Assembly (NCBI GenBank): GCA_963713605.1
Contig: CAVQMO010000003.1
Location: 160,001-224,000, forward strand
Length of the DNA: 64,000 nt
Direction of reading: 5' to 3'
From: an uncultured Nitrososphaerales archaeon
GTDB lineage: Archaea > Thermoproteota > Nitrososphaeria > Nitrososphaerales > Nitrososphaeraceae
Below are positions 34,370 to 44,342 of the stretch, in pieces. Below the pieces are notes generated by a model. The model was given only the letters and a program-made list of their open reading frames with translations, was not told the DNA's origin and made no database searches. Positions within the stretch are counted from its first letter, which is position 1. Every line of letters begins with the position of its first letter. A program made the translations under genes and the position numbers.

Positions 34370-34550
34370 TGTTCCAACTCCTTGCGCAATTCTTCAGTAA
34401 GGGTTAGGATTTCCTGAGGTCTTCCAATATACTGGACCCTTGAATTTTGAAATGCGGTTATGAACCAATGGCCTGTATTAGGGTCATCTTCAGTACTGTG
34501 ATATGTATTGAGGTTCGTTCGGGTTCAATCTTCGTTTGCCTACCCATTAT
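34370..34550 (-). pseudogene. C-terminal fragment of an SgcJ/EcaC (NTF2-like) family protein
   Basis: IEPERTSIH...WFITAFQNSRVQYIGRPQEILTLTEELRKEL, with a frameshift. Confidence 0.55.
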
Positions 34551-34950
34551 GTTTCAACTAGCTGCATGCATCATTTTTTTCCATTTTTAATCTATCATAA
34601 GAAGTTTTTGACAAAAAGTTAATGAGAGCATACATACACATTTCAGACAAATTGTGCTAAAATTTGTTTTTCTTAAGTATCATAAATGGTCAGATCAGTT
34701 GGCGAGTATTGTGCTTGCAAATGCATTGTAGCAAACCGAATTTGGTATCAAATTCATCATACTTTCAATCTTTGAATTCTCTGCCTAATACGGTTGTTTT
34801 TCAGTGTCCAGAACCAGCTATTCGCCTTATCTAAATTAGCTTAACTCTGAACAGCCATTAGAACCAGATTAGAGCCGTCAGCAGGAGATCGATAAATCTC
34901 TGATCCTTGTCGAACCAAGACAATCATAAATTTTTGGAAATTATCCTCTA

Positions 34951-35496
34951 TTAAATTGCATCCGTCTTATATGATTCATTACTTTGAGAAAAAGTATTGA
35001 AGGATTTATAGGTTTTAGTCCAATAGTAACCCCACGCATTTTCATATTGCAAAAACTGCTCATAATACAATGAAAATAGCCTACTTGACAACGAGAAGAT
35101 ATCTGCGCTTAATCTGGCAAATGAATACCAGGATTTTCCAATAATATCTGAAATTGCATACGAAGGATAATTTTCAGAATGAAAGATATCTTTTTCATCG
35201 CTAATCTCCCTGTCAATTGCCTTGACATCTTGAGTCGGCGATGATTTATTTGATGGTGCCATGTCACGTTGCATTGGGTCTTGAGGTTTAGCTGCGATAT
35301 TCTGGGAGTCATCTTTATTATCAATCGATTCATCATCAGTTACAAGAGAATTTGCATTTACGCAATCTACATGAACCTTTACTTCTGTGACAAATCCACA
35401 GGAAGAACATTTAAAGGTCAATGGTTCTTTGCATAATTCGCAGTATGAAAATGGATCAATTGTTGATCCACATTTGATACAAATAGTAGCGCCCAA
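34951..35496 (-). CDS. Zinc-binding hypothetical protein
   Basis: N-terminal CIKC, CELC, CSSC and HVDC, followed by a low-complexity linker and a helical C-terminus. Confidence 0.7.
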   Translation of the reverse strand: MGATICIKCGSTIDPFSYCELCKEPLTFKCSSCGFVTEVKVHVDCVNANSLVTDDESIDNKDDSQNIAAKPQDPMQRDMAPSNKSSPTQDVKAIDREISDEKDIFHSENYPSYAISDIIGKSWYSFARLSADIFSLSSRLFSLYYEQFLQYENAWGYYWTKTYKSFNTFSQSNESYKTDAI

Positions 35497-35512
35497 TGCG
35501 ACACTTTATTAG

Positions 35513-36393
35513 TTGTACTTACTAAAGTGTCTTCCTGACGACATGCAGGTAGTGCAGCATGATAAAATCACAAAAAGCAATCATCAGATAACCAACGAGT
35601 ACTTGGATGCAATGAAGGTAGAGATTAACTTGAGTCTTAATTACAAATCCATAATTTTAAACACATTAACCAAGTTGTCTCAATTTCACAATGATAAGAC
35701 CTTTGTAAAAATTACAAATAATGATATTATTACATACCTTAATTCCCTTAGGAAACCTGAAAATGCAGATCCATTGCACAGATGGATAGGAACCTACAAT
35801 CTACATCTTACGACTCTTACTAGATTCTTCAAATGGTTGTACAGTCCAGAGCTAGAAGCAAAAAAAAGACCAAAACCTGTAGTAGTGCAAAATATTCCTT
35901 TACTAAGAAGAAAAGAAGTGTCAAGTTACAAACCAACAGATTTATGGACCGTAGCTGACGACCAAACATTTCTAAAATGGTACCCAAACGTGAGAGACAG
36001 ATGTTACCATGTCATCGCCAGAGATCTATCTGCTCGACCACATGAAATATTGGGGCTTAAGATTAAGGATTCAAGACGGCTGGCAACAACCAGTACGCAG
36101 AAGTCTTGGTGAACGGCAAGACAGGAACCAGGAATCTGCCATTAATTGAATCTTTACCATACGTCAAGGAATGGTTAGATCAGCACCCTCAACGCAACAA
36201 TCCAAATGCCTATTTCATTTGCAGTATGGACAGAAAGAAAGTTGGCAAACAGTTGTCCAGGTATGACGGTGTGACGGAGTGGTTATGGCAAATTGGCAAA
36301 AAATATTTCTTCCGGGCAAGAAAACATCTGTCATACCATCACACATGTCACACACAAATTGAAGAACATTACTCCGATGAGGGATTTGGTTAG
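35513..36393 (+). pseudogene. Tyrosine recombinase/integrase, frameshifted and C-terminally truncated
   Basis: DPLHRWIGTYN...RFFKWLY, RDRCYH...SARPHEILGLKIKD (catalytic R) and VNGKTGTR (catalytic K). The HxxR and Tyr motifs are missing. Confidence 0.85.
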
Positions 36394-36744
36394 AAAGTAG
36401 TCAATTGAAATAGAATCTCGGTTGATAGGAGCTTAAATGGGATAATACATTTGACTACAAGCGATTTGTTAAATAGGAATAAGCAACGCATAGCCAGAAG
36501 CTCCAGAATGGTGTTATATGATGATTATGGAACAATATGCCCATAATTATTTATGTAATGCACAGAAAAGACTAGTATCGACGCAACACACAAAATTGTA
36601 GGAGTATGGTTGAAAACTGATGTGGAATAGGACATATTAAATGCATTAAGTGGGCTACTCGATATCATTAAACACAATGATAGTTGGTCCAATAGAATAT
36701 ATTAAATAGTCCAACTACTATAATGAAAGTAGGAGATTAAATAA

Positions 36745-36987
36745 ATGCTCAGAAACCTTGTTCATATCAATGTTCCGACAAAGTTATATGATATAATAGA
36801 AGAATTAGTAGTCAAAAGTGGAATGTATAGGAGTGTACCAGAGTTTGCATTAGAATGCATGAGGAACAAGATGTATGACTTAAGGGGACAAAGAATAGAA
36901 AGGCAAAAACTGCATATTTATTTTAAAAGGCAAAAAGAGAAAATAACTCAATCAGCTTCTCAAAAAGCCAGTCAGCATAAAGATTAG
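36745..36987 (+). CDS. Ribbon-helix-helix DNA-binding protein
   Basis: VHINVPTKLYDIIEELV...YRSVPEFALECMR (CopG/RHH pattern), with a GGAG RBS-like sequence upstream. Confidence 0.75.
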   Translation: MLRNLVHINVPTKLYDIIEELVVKSGMYRSVPEFALECMRNKMYDLRGQRIERQKLHIYFKRQKEKITQSASQKASQHKD

Positions 36988-37057
36988 TTAGCTTCGAGCT
37001 GCATGTGCGTAGTAAAAAAGACTTTTTAGCTGGTAACACTGTATATTTCATTACTAA

Positions 37058-37528
37058 TTGGAAAGCGTTTCAGAACGTAAATATCTCGTAAGCAAGACAT
37101 ACAGATATGGCCATAGACGATTTAAGAAAAAGTGGTATCGTAAGAAATCTAAAGATAAGCGAGGGTTCATGAGATATTCAAGTGGTACTAAGTGGGCAGG
37201 TCAATATGATCCTTATAAGCCAGCTTTTTGGCGTGCTTATCAAGATAGGAAATGGCGTAATTATGATCAAGACGAGCTTCTACCTGGCGGATACACCCGT
37301 AATCAAACATGGATAGCCCTCTGCAAATCATGGAATGGCTTTTTACTTGCGAAACGAGAGTGCGATTACGATGATATGAGGATATACATTGGACAAATTC
37401 GAAAACTTCAGAAAGACCTATGCCTCGAACAAACTGAATTTGAAGGCTACCTACCGGCAGAGCTTGCAAATATAGACTTGGAGAAGGATGAAGAATACAT
37501 AATGGAGAGGTATGGAACTACGGTTTAG
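37058..37528 (+). CDS. Hypothetical protein (basic N-terminus)
   Basis: 156-aa ORF co-oriented with the RHH gene. Confidence 0.6.
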   Translation: MESVSERKYLVSKTYRYGHRRFKKKWYRKKSKDKRGFMRYSSGTKWAGQYDPYKPAFWRAYQDRKWRNYDQDELLPGGYTRNQTWIALCKSWNGFLLAKRECDYDDMRIYIGQIRKLQKDLCLEQTEFEGYLPAELANIDLEKDEEYIMERYGTTV

Positions 37529-37566
37529 TTCAAAACTGTTTCTTATAACGATCCTCCGAAAGTGTA

Positions 37567-37797
37567 CTAATGTGCCTGTAAGTGTTGAAACGCCTTTAAG
37601 ATTTTGAAATCTCTGACAAAGACCTCAGTATGTTTAAGCGAACCGCCTAAATTATCGTAATAGCGTACCATGTAGATGCTCTTCACAATAGTACGTTTAA
37701 TCGATTCTAAAGATCTGGTCTTTGCAAAATGCTCCTCTATTAGGGGATAAGTGATTCGTAGTCTGATAGAAATTGTTGTGTCATCATATTCTGTCAT
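37567..37797 (-). CDS. Hypothetical protein
   Basis: 76-aa ATG ORF with no motif recognised. Confidence 0.4.
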   Translation of the reverse strand: MTEYDDTTISIRLRITYPLIEEHFAKTRSLESIKRTIVKSIYMVRYYDNLGGSLKHTEVFVRDFKILKAFQHLQAH

Positions 37798-38460
37798 GAA
37801 GTCTACCGAGTCCTGAAGTAGGGTAAAAAATTGAATAAATATCCTATTCCGTCCAGATTCGAAAGACTGGGCTTACAACTAGACAATACTACTCCCGACT
37901 ATCACCCGAGGAAGTCTAAAGTAACAGTGACACTTTGATAAACGACTACAAAATAAAGAATATGGTTACAAGAGCATTGATCTTTTCCATAGATCAAGGA
38001 ACACATCATGTAAAACAAGAAGAAGAAGAGATTTTGATCTAATTTATCTTGATTCATTTGAATCATGGACCGGATCCGAAATATTCACTGTCAATGTTGT
38101 GTAGTTATAATACTAGCTGATTATATTCAGAACTAAGTACTCTTGGATTTATTAGAAGAGAATTAGGATTTTTCTTCTGTTAGTGGTATCCAAATGAATT
38201 CACTTAAGCCAATTCCGCAATTAAAGTCATTAGAAGAAGAATGAAAGATAAAGCCTTTGTGATAGTGATTTTTCTTTTTTTGACTACAGTTATTGCTGTT
38301 ACTCCATTGCCTGGGTGAACCGGGCCAAAATCAAAGTGATCAATCCACTGATGTGGCTACAAATTATATTTCAACTATTTCACTATTGTTTATTTCTATC
38401 TAACGTTACCAGGTAAGGCCTAACACAAAAGAACAACAAGGCGGAAGAAGATAAATATCA

Positions 38461-38868
38461 TCATTTCAATTCGCGCTCAATGCTTAAAAAATTCCCTGCC
38501 GCATCTATTTCAAGCTGAAAAAAGGATAAAATATTGTTAAGAAACGCTAATCTACCAGTAGAGTCTGTGCTGTATACTGCCGAGCCTCGAAATACCGGAT
38601 TTCCTTCCTCGGTTATTCCAACTGCTAAAAAGGTATAACTTGCCTTTTCAGTACCGTCCTTGGTCATTATTACTCCTTGTCCCTGGGCATGTGTAACCTT
38701 ATTGTCTTTGGAAATACTAACAAAATCTCCTTTGTTGATCACCTCGATGTTTCCTTTCAGTATTCCTTCGGCTGAAAACATCGACTGTGATCTGTTACCA
38801 CCAATTTCTTGCTGGTCCGTTACCCTTCCCTTTTCTTCAAAAAACGGCTCTTCTGATTCATATATCAT
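38461..38868 (-). CDS. Hypothetical beta-rich protein (thaumarchaeal-type family)
   Basis: QGQGVIMTKDG...GRLAFLNN pattern. Confidence 0.7.
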   Translation of the reverse strand: MIYESEEPFFEEKGRVTDQQEIGGNRSQSMFSAEGILKGNIEVINKGDFVSISKDNKVTHAQGQGVIMTKDGTEKASYTFLAVGITEEGNPVFRGSAVYSTDSTGRLAFLNNILSFFQLEIDAAGNFLSIERELK

Positions 38869-38971
38869 ATTTAATATTAAATGCTCAGAAATATAAGAAA
38901 TGATCGCTTTCTGGTCTACTAAAGATATAGGTTAAAAAAGACTTCACATCCAATGACATGGTTATCTTAGA

Positions 38972-39352
38972 GTGTTTGTTGATCTTAGGCTGATTCTTAC
39001 CAGCAAGGTAGCAGAGGAAAATGCATTTTTAGAATATGTGGAAGCTCATTATTTATCGTTCTTTCAGGAAAATTTGGAACTAGGTAATGAAAGATATGAG
39101 TACTCGTTGTTCAAAATTGAACAGATACTGGAAGAGATTAAAAACTTAATTCCCACCCAACAAATGTGTGAAGTGTATTGGCAGCGTATGGTCAAAATAA
39201 TCAAAGAAGGAGATATCAAGAATAATAAATTGGCGAATTGTATAGATGCATTTAATAATAAAAAATGCCGTCTTAGTCCTGACTGGCGAAAATGGCTCAT
39301 TACGGAAGTTACCTCACTAATGAACCTTAGGGTGACTATAACAACTGACTAA
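38972..39352 (+). CDS. Hypothetical protein
   Basis: 126-aa ORF directly upstream of an integrase fragment. Confidence 0.45.
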   Translation: MFVDLRLILTSKVAEENAFLEYVEAHYLSFFQENLELGNERYEYSLFKIEQILEEIKNLIPTQQMCEVYWQRMVKIIKEGDIKNNKLANCIDAFNNKKCRLSPDWRKWLITEVTSLMNLRVTITTD

Positions 39353-39392
39353 TAGCAGACCCCCCCTTTATTTTGATGGTTGGAACTGAAAA

Positions 39393-39653
39393 ATGCAGCA
39401 TCAAGCGGCAAGGACTAAAATTTATGATGTTACAGAAGGCCTTAGGACAGATAAGACAAGAGAAGAATATTGCAGAGCATTCAACGCATTCTTTCGTTAT
39501 ACTAATCTCGCCAGTAAAGAGGAATTACTGAAACAGGATCCTCAGGACATAGAGGAGTTTATAATCGAATATCTTACTGAATACCTGCTCAAGCAGAGAC
39601 ATCTAAAGTATTCTTCCATCACTTTGCACAAGGCGCAATTTGATTTAAAGTAA
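39393..39653 (+). pseudogene. Integrase N-terminal (SAM-like) fragment
   Basis: LRTDKTREEYCRAFNAFFRY...IEEFIIEYL...LKYSSITLH, truncated where it meets the 3' end of the TPR gene. Confidence 0.7.
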
Positions 39654-40497
39654 CCAGCGTCTGCTGTTTACCTTTTATTGCATCGATGTTATCTGGATCT
39701 ATGGCTAAAGCTTTGTCATAGTAAATGATCGCCAGTTTATAATTTCCAATCTTATCAAGGAAATTAGCTTTGTTAGTTAAGTCAGGAATATATCTTGGAT
39801 CTGTGGCCTTAGCCTTGTCATAATAGAAAACAGCTTGCGTATGATTTCCCAGTTTGTCAAGTGCATATCCCTTGCCAATCATTGCAAGAACATGCTTTGG
39901 ATCTAGAGCTAATGCCTTGTCAAAATATGTTATCGCATCTGAATAATTTTCTAAAGCCTCAAGAGCATTTCCTTTGTCATATGAAGCAAAAACTATGGTT
40001 GGATCTATAGCTAAGGCCCTATCGTAGTAACCAATAGCATCAGTATAGTTTCCTAAATGATAGAAAGCTACACCTTTATTATCTAGTACAGTAGCATTCT
40101 TCGGATCCACAGCTAGAGCGTTGTCATAATTGGCAATAGCCTGTGTGTAATTTCCTAGTCCACCAAAAGCATTACCTTTCTCATTTAACGCAAGAACATT
40201 CTTTGGATCTATAGCCAGAGCCCAGTCAAAGTAGACAATTGATTCATTAAACTTACCTAAACCATTAAGCGATACACCTTTACTGTTTAGAACTGGTAAT
40301 TCATCTAATGTTGCATTAGTAGTAGCATTCGCTGCTGTTGAAGATAATGGCGCAGGCGATGGTGTTGATGATGACATTCCTAGTGCCACCAATATTATGG
40401 AAGAAAAACAGTAAAGTGACGATACTCCTAGTACAATAACAAATGATAACGATGATAGCCGTTTCATTCTAACCATTTTGGGAATAGGAAGAAGCAT
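39619..40497 (-). CDS. Secreted/membrane-anchored tetratricopeptide repeat protein
   Basis: Hydrophobic N-terminus and about six 34-aa repeats KGxALxxLGNYxxAIxYYDKALAIDP. Confidence 0.9.
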   Translation of the reverse strand: MLLPIPKMVRMKRLSSLSFVIVLGVSSLYCFSSIILVALGMSSSTPSPAPLSSTAANATTNATLDELPVLNSKGVSLNGLGKFNESIVYFDWALAIDPKNVLALNEKGNAFGGLGNYTQAIANYDNALAVDPKNATVLDNKGVAFYHLGNYTDAIGYYDRALAIDPTIVFASYDKGNALEALENYSDAITYFDKALALDPKHVLAMIGKGYALDKLGNHTQAVFYYDKAKATDPRYIPDLTNKANFLDKIGNYKLAIIYYDKALAIDPDNIDAIKGKQQTLVTLNQIAPCAK

Positions 40498-40764
40498 TTA
40501 AAGTTTCAGAAGAATGCTACTAAATAACGCTGTAAGTATAAGGAGGTAGCGAGCTTACTCAACGGGCATAATTTTTAGTTATTGGTGATCACCAGTGTTG
40601 TTAATTACCCGCATGAACAAAAAAGGAAAAAGAGACTGAATGCCAGCCCCGAATTCGTTTACGCGGCTCTTTTCTATCTACCAATGTATTTTCAGTTATG
40701 GATTATAACGGTTATTGATAGAGCTGGTTTTGGTGTCGATTATCCACAGTCATGGTTAATAGCT

Positions 40765-41028
40765 CCCACTGAAGCTGACAATATGGCGGCTGTGCAGAAG
40801 CCAACTAATCAGTCAATTCTTGCTGAAAAATCTGGACCACCACCATGGAACAGCTGCCTACGTGGTATCAGGTGTCTGAAAGCGCTCGTATCATATCTCC
40901 TGACGTCCAGCGTACCTTTGCGCAACAAATGAATGCTACCACTCTATCACTCAACGCTAGTCATGCATCTAGTCTCGCATCGAGAAGAAATTGCCGAATT
41001 TATACTCAATGCAACTAAAGGAAAGTAA
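40765..41028 (+). pseudogene. C-terminal remnant paralog of the alpha/beta hydrolase at 4971..5832
   Basis: PTEADNMAAVQKPTNQS...SGPPPW...LPTWYQVSE...QQMNATTLSLNASHAS...FILNATKGK*, with frameshifts. Confidence 0.8.
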
Positions 41029-41238
41029 TAATGGCTTCAAGTAGGAGAATTATCAGACACATCAGATACCTCTACGTATCGAGTGTACTATAGGATTAAC
41101 CTGCTAACAAATACTGTTTGTCCCACACTTCAAAGAGACCCGGATAAGCGGCATGGTATTAATAGCATTTTGAAGAAATATCAGATTTATTCAATTACGA
41201 TTATATAATATATTAAGATCCTAGAAAAAGCAACAATC

Positions 41239-41892
41239 ATGCACAAGCATCCCAACGTCCACTTAATTATTAGGAATACAACGCCAGATGATATTGAAAA
41301 AATCGTAGAATTGCAAAAGGAATCGTTTCCAATCCTAGCTCGATCTGACAACGTCTGGCATCCAGAGGAATTGAAAAGTCACCTTCGTATATTCCCATTA
41401 GGCCAATTTGTTGCTGTTGAAGAAGACGGAGACATTGTTGGCTCTGCCAGCACTCTTATTGTAGCTCTTAATCCGGAATATGCCGAGCACACATGGAAGG
41501 GAATTACAACAGATGGCATGTTTACCAATCATAATACTAATGGGGATAGTCTATACGGGGCAGATATATCCACACATCCAAAATTTAGACATGAAGGTAT
41601 TGGGAGTATGCTATATGGAGCGAGAAAGGAATTAGTTCTAAGATTAGGCTTGAGAAGAATGATCAGTGGAGGAAGACTATTTAACTACCAGGATTATGCA
41701 GACAAAATGTCGGCTTCTGAGTATGCTAATAAAGTAATTAGTGGAGAATTGCATGACCCTGTTCTGTCATTTGAGCTCGAAAATGGATTTAAATTTATTA
41801 AGATAATTCCGAATTATCTAGATGACGTACGCTCACACAATTGTGCCAGTTTCATTGAGTGGTTGAATCCTCAGTTCCGGTCGTATGGTTAG
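41239..41892 (+). CDS. GNAT family N-acetyltransferase (YkwB-like)
   Basis: HLRIFPLGQFVA, GDSLYGADISTHPKFRHEGIGSMLYGARK, GGRL, DPVLSFELENGF and WLNP. Confidence 0.9.
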   Translation: MHKHPNVHLIIRNTTPDDIEKIVELQKESFPILARSDNVWHPEELKSHLRIFPLGQFVAVEEDGDIVGSASTLIVALNPEYAEHTWKGITTDGMFTNHNTNGDSLYGADISTHPKFRHEGIGSMLYGARKELVLRLGLRRMISGGRLFNYQDYADKMSASEYANKVISGELHDPVLSFELENGFKFIKIIPNYLDDVRSHNCASFIEWLNPQFRSYG

Positions 41893-42724
41893 GGGCATCA
41901 TGAATTTCATTGATTGTCACGTTCATCTTAATAAATATGATGAGTTTGGATCAGAAGAAAAAAAGTTCATCTCACTTGAGAACAGGCTAGGTGCATTACT
42001 CCAATCCATGGAGAATAACAACATTGATTACTCAATCGTGATCTCCTCCTATCGAGTCGACTCAAACAGACCCTCTGCTTCCCAAATAATGGCCATCATA
42101 AATAAAAATGAAGCTATAAGAGATAAGATCGGAATAGTAACGGGATTTACGATTGACAACCATACTGACGAAGATCTGAAACAATACAGAACCTGGCTGA
42201 AGGATCGACTAATCATAGGCATTAAGCTGTATTGCGGATACGAGTATTATTATCCCAACGACCAGCGGTATCAAAAAGTGTACGATATGTGTATTGAATA
42301 TGGAGTTCCTGTAATGATTCATACTGGAGACGTTTATTCAAGGATGGCAAAGCTAAAGTATGCCCATCCTTTGACTATAGATGATATTGCGGTAGACAAT
42401 CCTGAGCTGAGGATAGTTATGTGTCATTTAGGAAACCCTTGGATAGCTGATTGTCAAGAAATATTATATAAGAACCGTAATGTCTATTCAGATATTTCTG
42501 GACTAGTCGTCGGGGATTTTAAGTTACATACTACTATCCGGTATGCAAGTCAAATAAATGATTTGCTAAATTATGTTGGTAAACCTCATCGTCTTTTATA
42601 TGGAAGTGACTGGCCCATTTGCAATATGCACTCCTACATCGCATTTGTTCAGGAGCTAAAACTTGATGAGGATTCCTATGATTTAATGATGTCAAGAAAT
42701 GCGAGATATGTTTTTAGATTGTGA
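41885..42724 (+). CDS. Amidohydrolase family protein (Amidohydro_2)
   Basis: IDCHVH, GIKLY, IHTGD, CHLGNPW and YGSDWP. Overlaps the GNAT stop, suggesting an operon. Confidence 0.9.
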   Translation: MVRGIMNFIDCHVHLNKYDEFGSEEKKFISLENRLGALLQSMENNNIDYSIVISSYRVDSNRPSASQIMAIINKNEAIRDKIGIVTGFTIDNHTDEDLKQYRTWLKDRLIIGIKLYCGYEYYYPNDQRYQKVYDMCIEYGVPVMIHTGDVYSRMAKLKYAHPLTIDDIAVDNPELRIVMCHLGNPWIADCQEILYKNRNVYSDISGLVVGDFKLHTTIRYASQINDLLNYVGKPHRLLYGSDWPICNMHSYIAFVQELKLDEDSYDLMMSRNARYVFRL

Positions 42725-42811
42725 TTTGGCAAAGTACTTTTGATTTAAGATCAACTTGTCTATTAAAATAGACATTCACAATAATTATATTTTATACTAT
42801 TCAAGATTTGG

Positions 42812-43097
42812 ATTGGAAAAATAGTGAAACTGCAGCAGGAATCATTTCCAATTCTAGCTAGATATGGCAATATATGGCGTCCAGGAAAATTGAAGTCATC
42901 TCCAGATCTTTCCACAAGGCCGGTTCGTTGCAGTTGAGGAGGTTGGTACCATTGTAGGTTCTGCTAGTACTCTGATTATTAATCTTGATTCTGAGTATAC
43001 AGAGCATACATGGAAGGGAAATTACTGCAGATGATGTGTTTACAAACCATAGTCTAACGGAGATAGTCTATACTGAGCAGATGTATTGACCTATCCT
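42812..43097 (+). pseudogene. Decayed partial duplicate of GNAT 41239..41892
   Basis: KIVKLQQESFPILARYGNIWRP...IFPQGRFVAVEEVGTIVGSASTLII...EHTWKG, with multiple frameshifts. Confidence 0.85.
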
Positions 43098-43167
43098 TTC
43101 ACCAATCAAAACCATAATACAAAAGATCGTTCCAAAGATAGTGGCTGGCAGAAACCAAAGTCCAAAT

Positions 43168-43767
43168 TTAGACTCTTTGTGAGCCACGGAATGCCCTTAC
43201 GCTATAGTATGAGGGCGCACTATTGTGATACACGAAGACATTGCCGTAGCGGCAATCAGCAAAGAGGGCCCCGCCGAGTTTTCTAATATCAGAAGGTGTT
43301 TTCACCCAGCTCGACGTCTTTGTATCGAAATTTCCAAGATTCTGCAAATCTCTATACTGCTCTTCCGTTAAAAGCTCAATGCCCATGGCAACTCCCATAT
43401 CAATAGCATTATTTTCTGGTTTAAATGCTTTCCTTGCCTCCTGCCCTTCACGGTCGTAACAAACGTTTCTGCGGCCTTTAGGACTGTCCGCTGAACAATC
43501 ATAAAAAATGAATTCGCCCGTCTTTTTATCGTGACCAACAACATCCGGTTCACCGCCAGTTCTTTCCATTTCATTGATTGACCACAGTCTTTCAGTATTA
43601 GCTTCCAGCTTTGCTTGTACTTTTACCCATTCAAGACCCTTATGGCGGTTCATGTTTTTCTCAAAACGGGCTTTCAATGCTCTGTGTAGTTCTTCGCGTT
43701 GTTCTAGTGATAACTTCTTTTTCGTTTCAACGCCTGAAACAGAGTCTTTTTCAGTAAGCTTGGGCAT
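43168..43767 (-). CDS. DUF4256 family protein (bacterial-like)
   Basis: RFEKNMNRHKGLEW, EMERTGGEPDVV, DCSADSPKGRRNVCYDRE, FDTKTSSW, IRKLGGALF and FVYHN. Confidence 0.88.
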   Translation of the reverse strand: MPKLTEKDSVSGVETKKKLSLEQREELHRALKARFEKNMNRHKGLEWVKVQAKLEANTERLWSINEMERTGGEPDVVGHDKKTGEFIFYDCSADSPKGRRNVCYDREGQEARKAFKPENNAIDMGVAMGIELLTEEQYRDLQNLGNFDTKTSSWVKTPSDIRKLGGALFADCRYGNVFVYHNSAPSYYSVRAFRGSQRV

Positions 43768-44342
43768 AAATCATAGTATTCATACTGAGTTTATAAAATC
43801 ATGTATGCAGGCTGACTTTTACTTAACAACTTACCAATTAGTGTTCCATTACTAATGGAATCAGCTTTTGAGAGCAAGGATAACATCGGTATTACTAATG
43901 CAACAAAAGAAAGAACAATGATAGTACAAACTGAAGCACTCATCCTAGCTAGTTCGCTGTGAATACTGGCAAAGATCAACCAAACCTCCTTATCTTCATG
44001 TGAATCTTGAGCTGTGATTTGTGGTTGACTTATTTTCTTTCTCTCAGTATCGGTCATATGCGATTATATGCATTGTATAAACATAATCCAGCCAGTTAAA
44101 TGCTCCTTGAATCCCATTCTCCGAAACTATTCTTCCAAAGTTTTTTGCACTAATCTATCTGGTTCGGTCGGATACAATACACTAATGTATGCAACTCTAA
44201 CCAGATAAATACGATGTGCCGATTCTGAACTCACTGTCAAAAGACGAACGTTATTTGTAAAGACTTTTGGTTTGATTAGACGTTCGTATCTTGCAATAAT
44301 AATAAATCTTTTTACACTAGAATTGACTTACCATTTTGGTAA

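Larger units (their letters stand above)
35513..39653. mobile_element. Possible remnant of an integrated element
   Basis: Bounded by two integrase remnants and containing an RHH gene and several orphan ORFs. No att repeats identified. Confidence 0.35.

Noticed and set aside
40582..40932. 116-aa ORF as an intact gene
   Set aside because: Only its middle matches the decayed hydrolase remnant; the rest is out-of-frame or non-coding.
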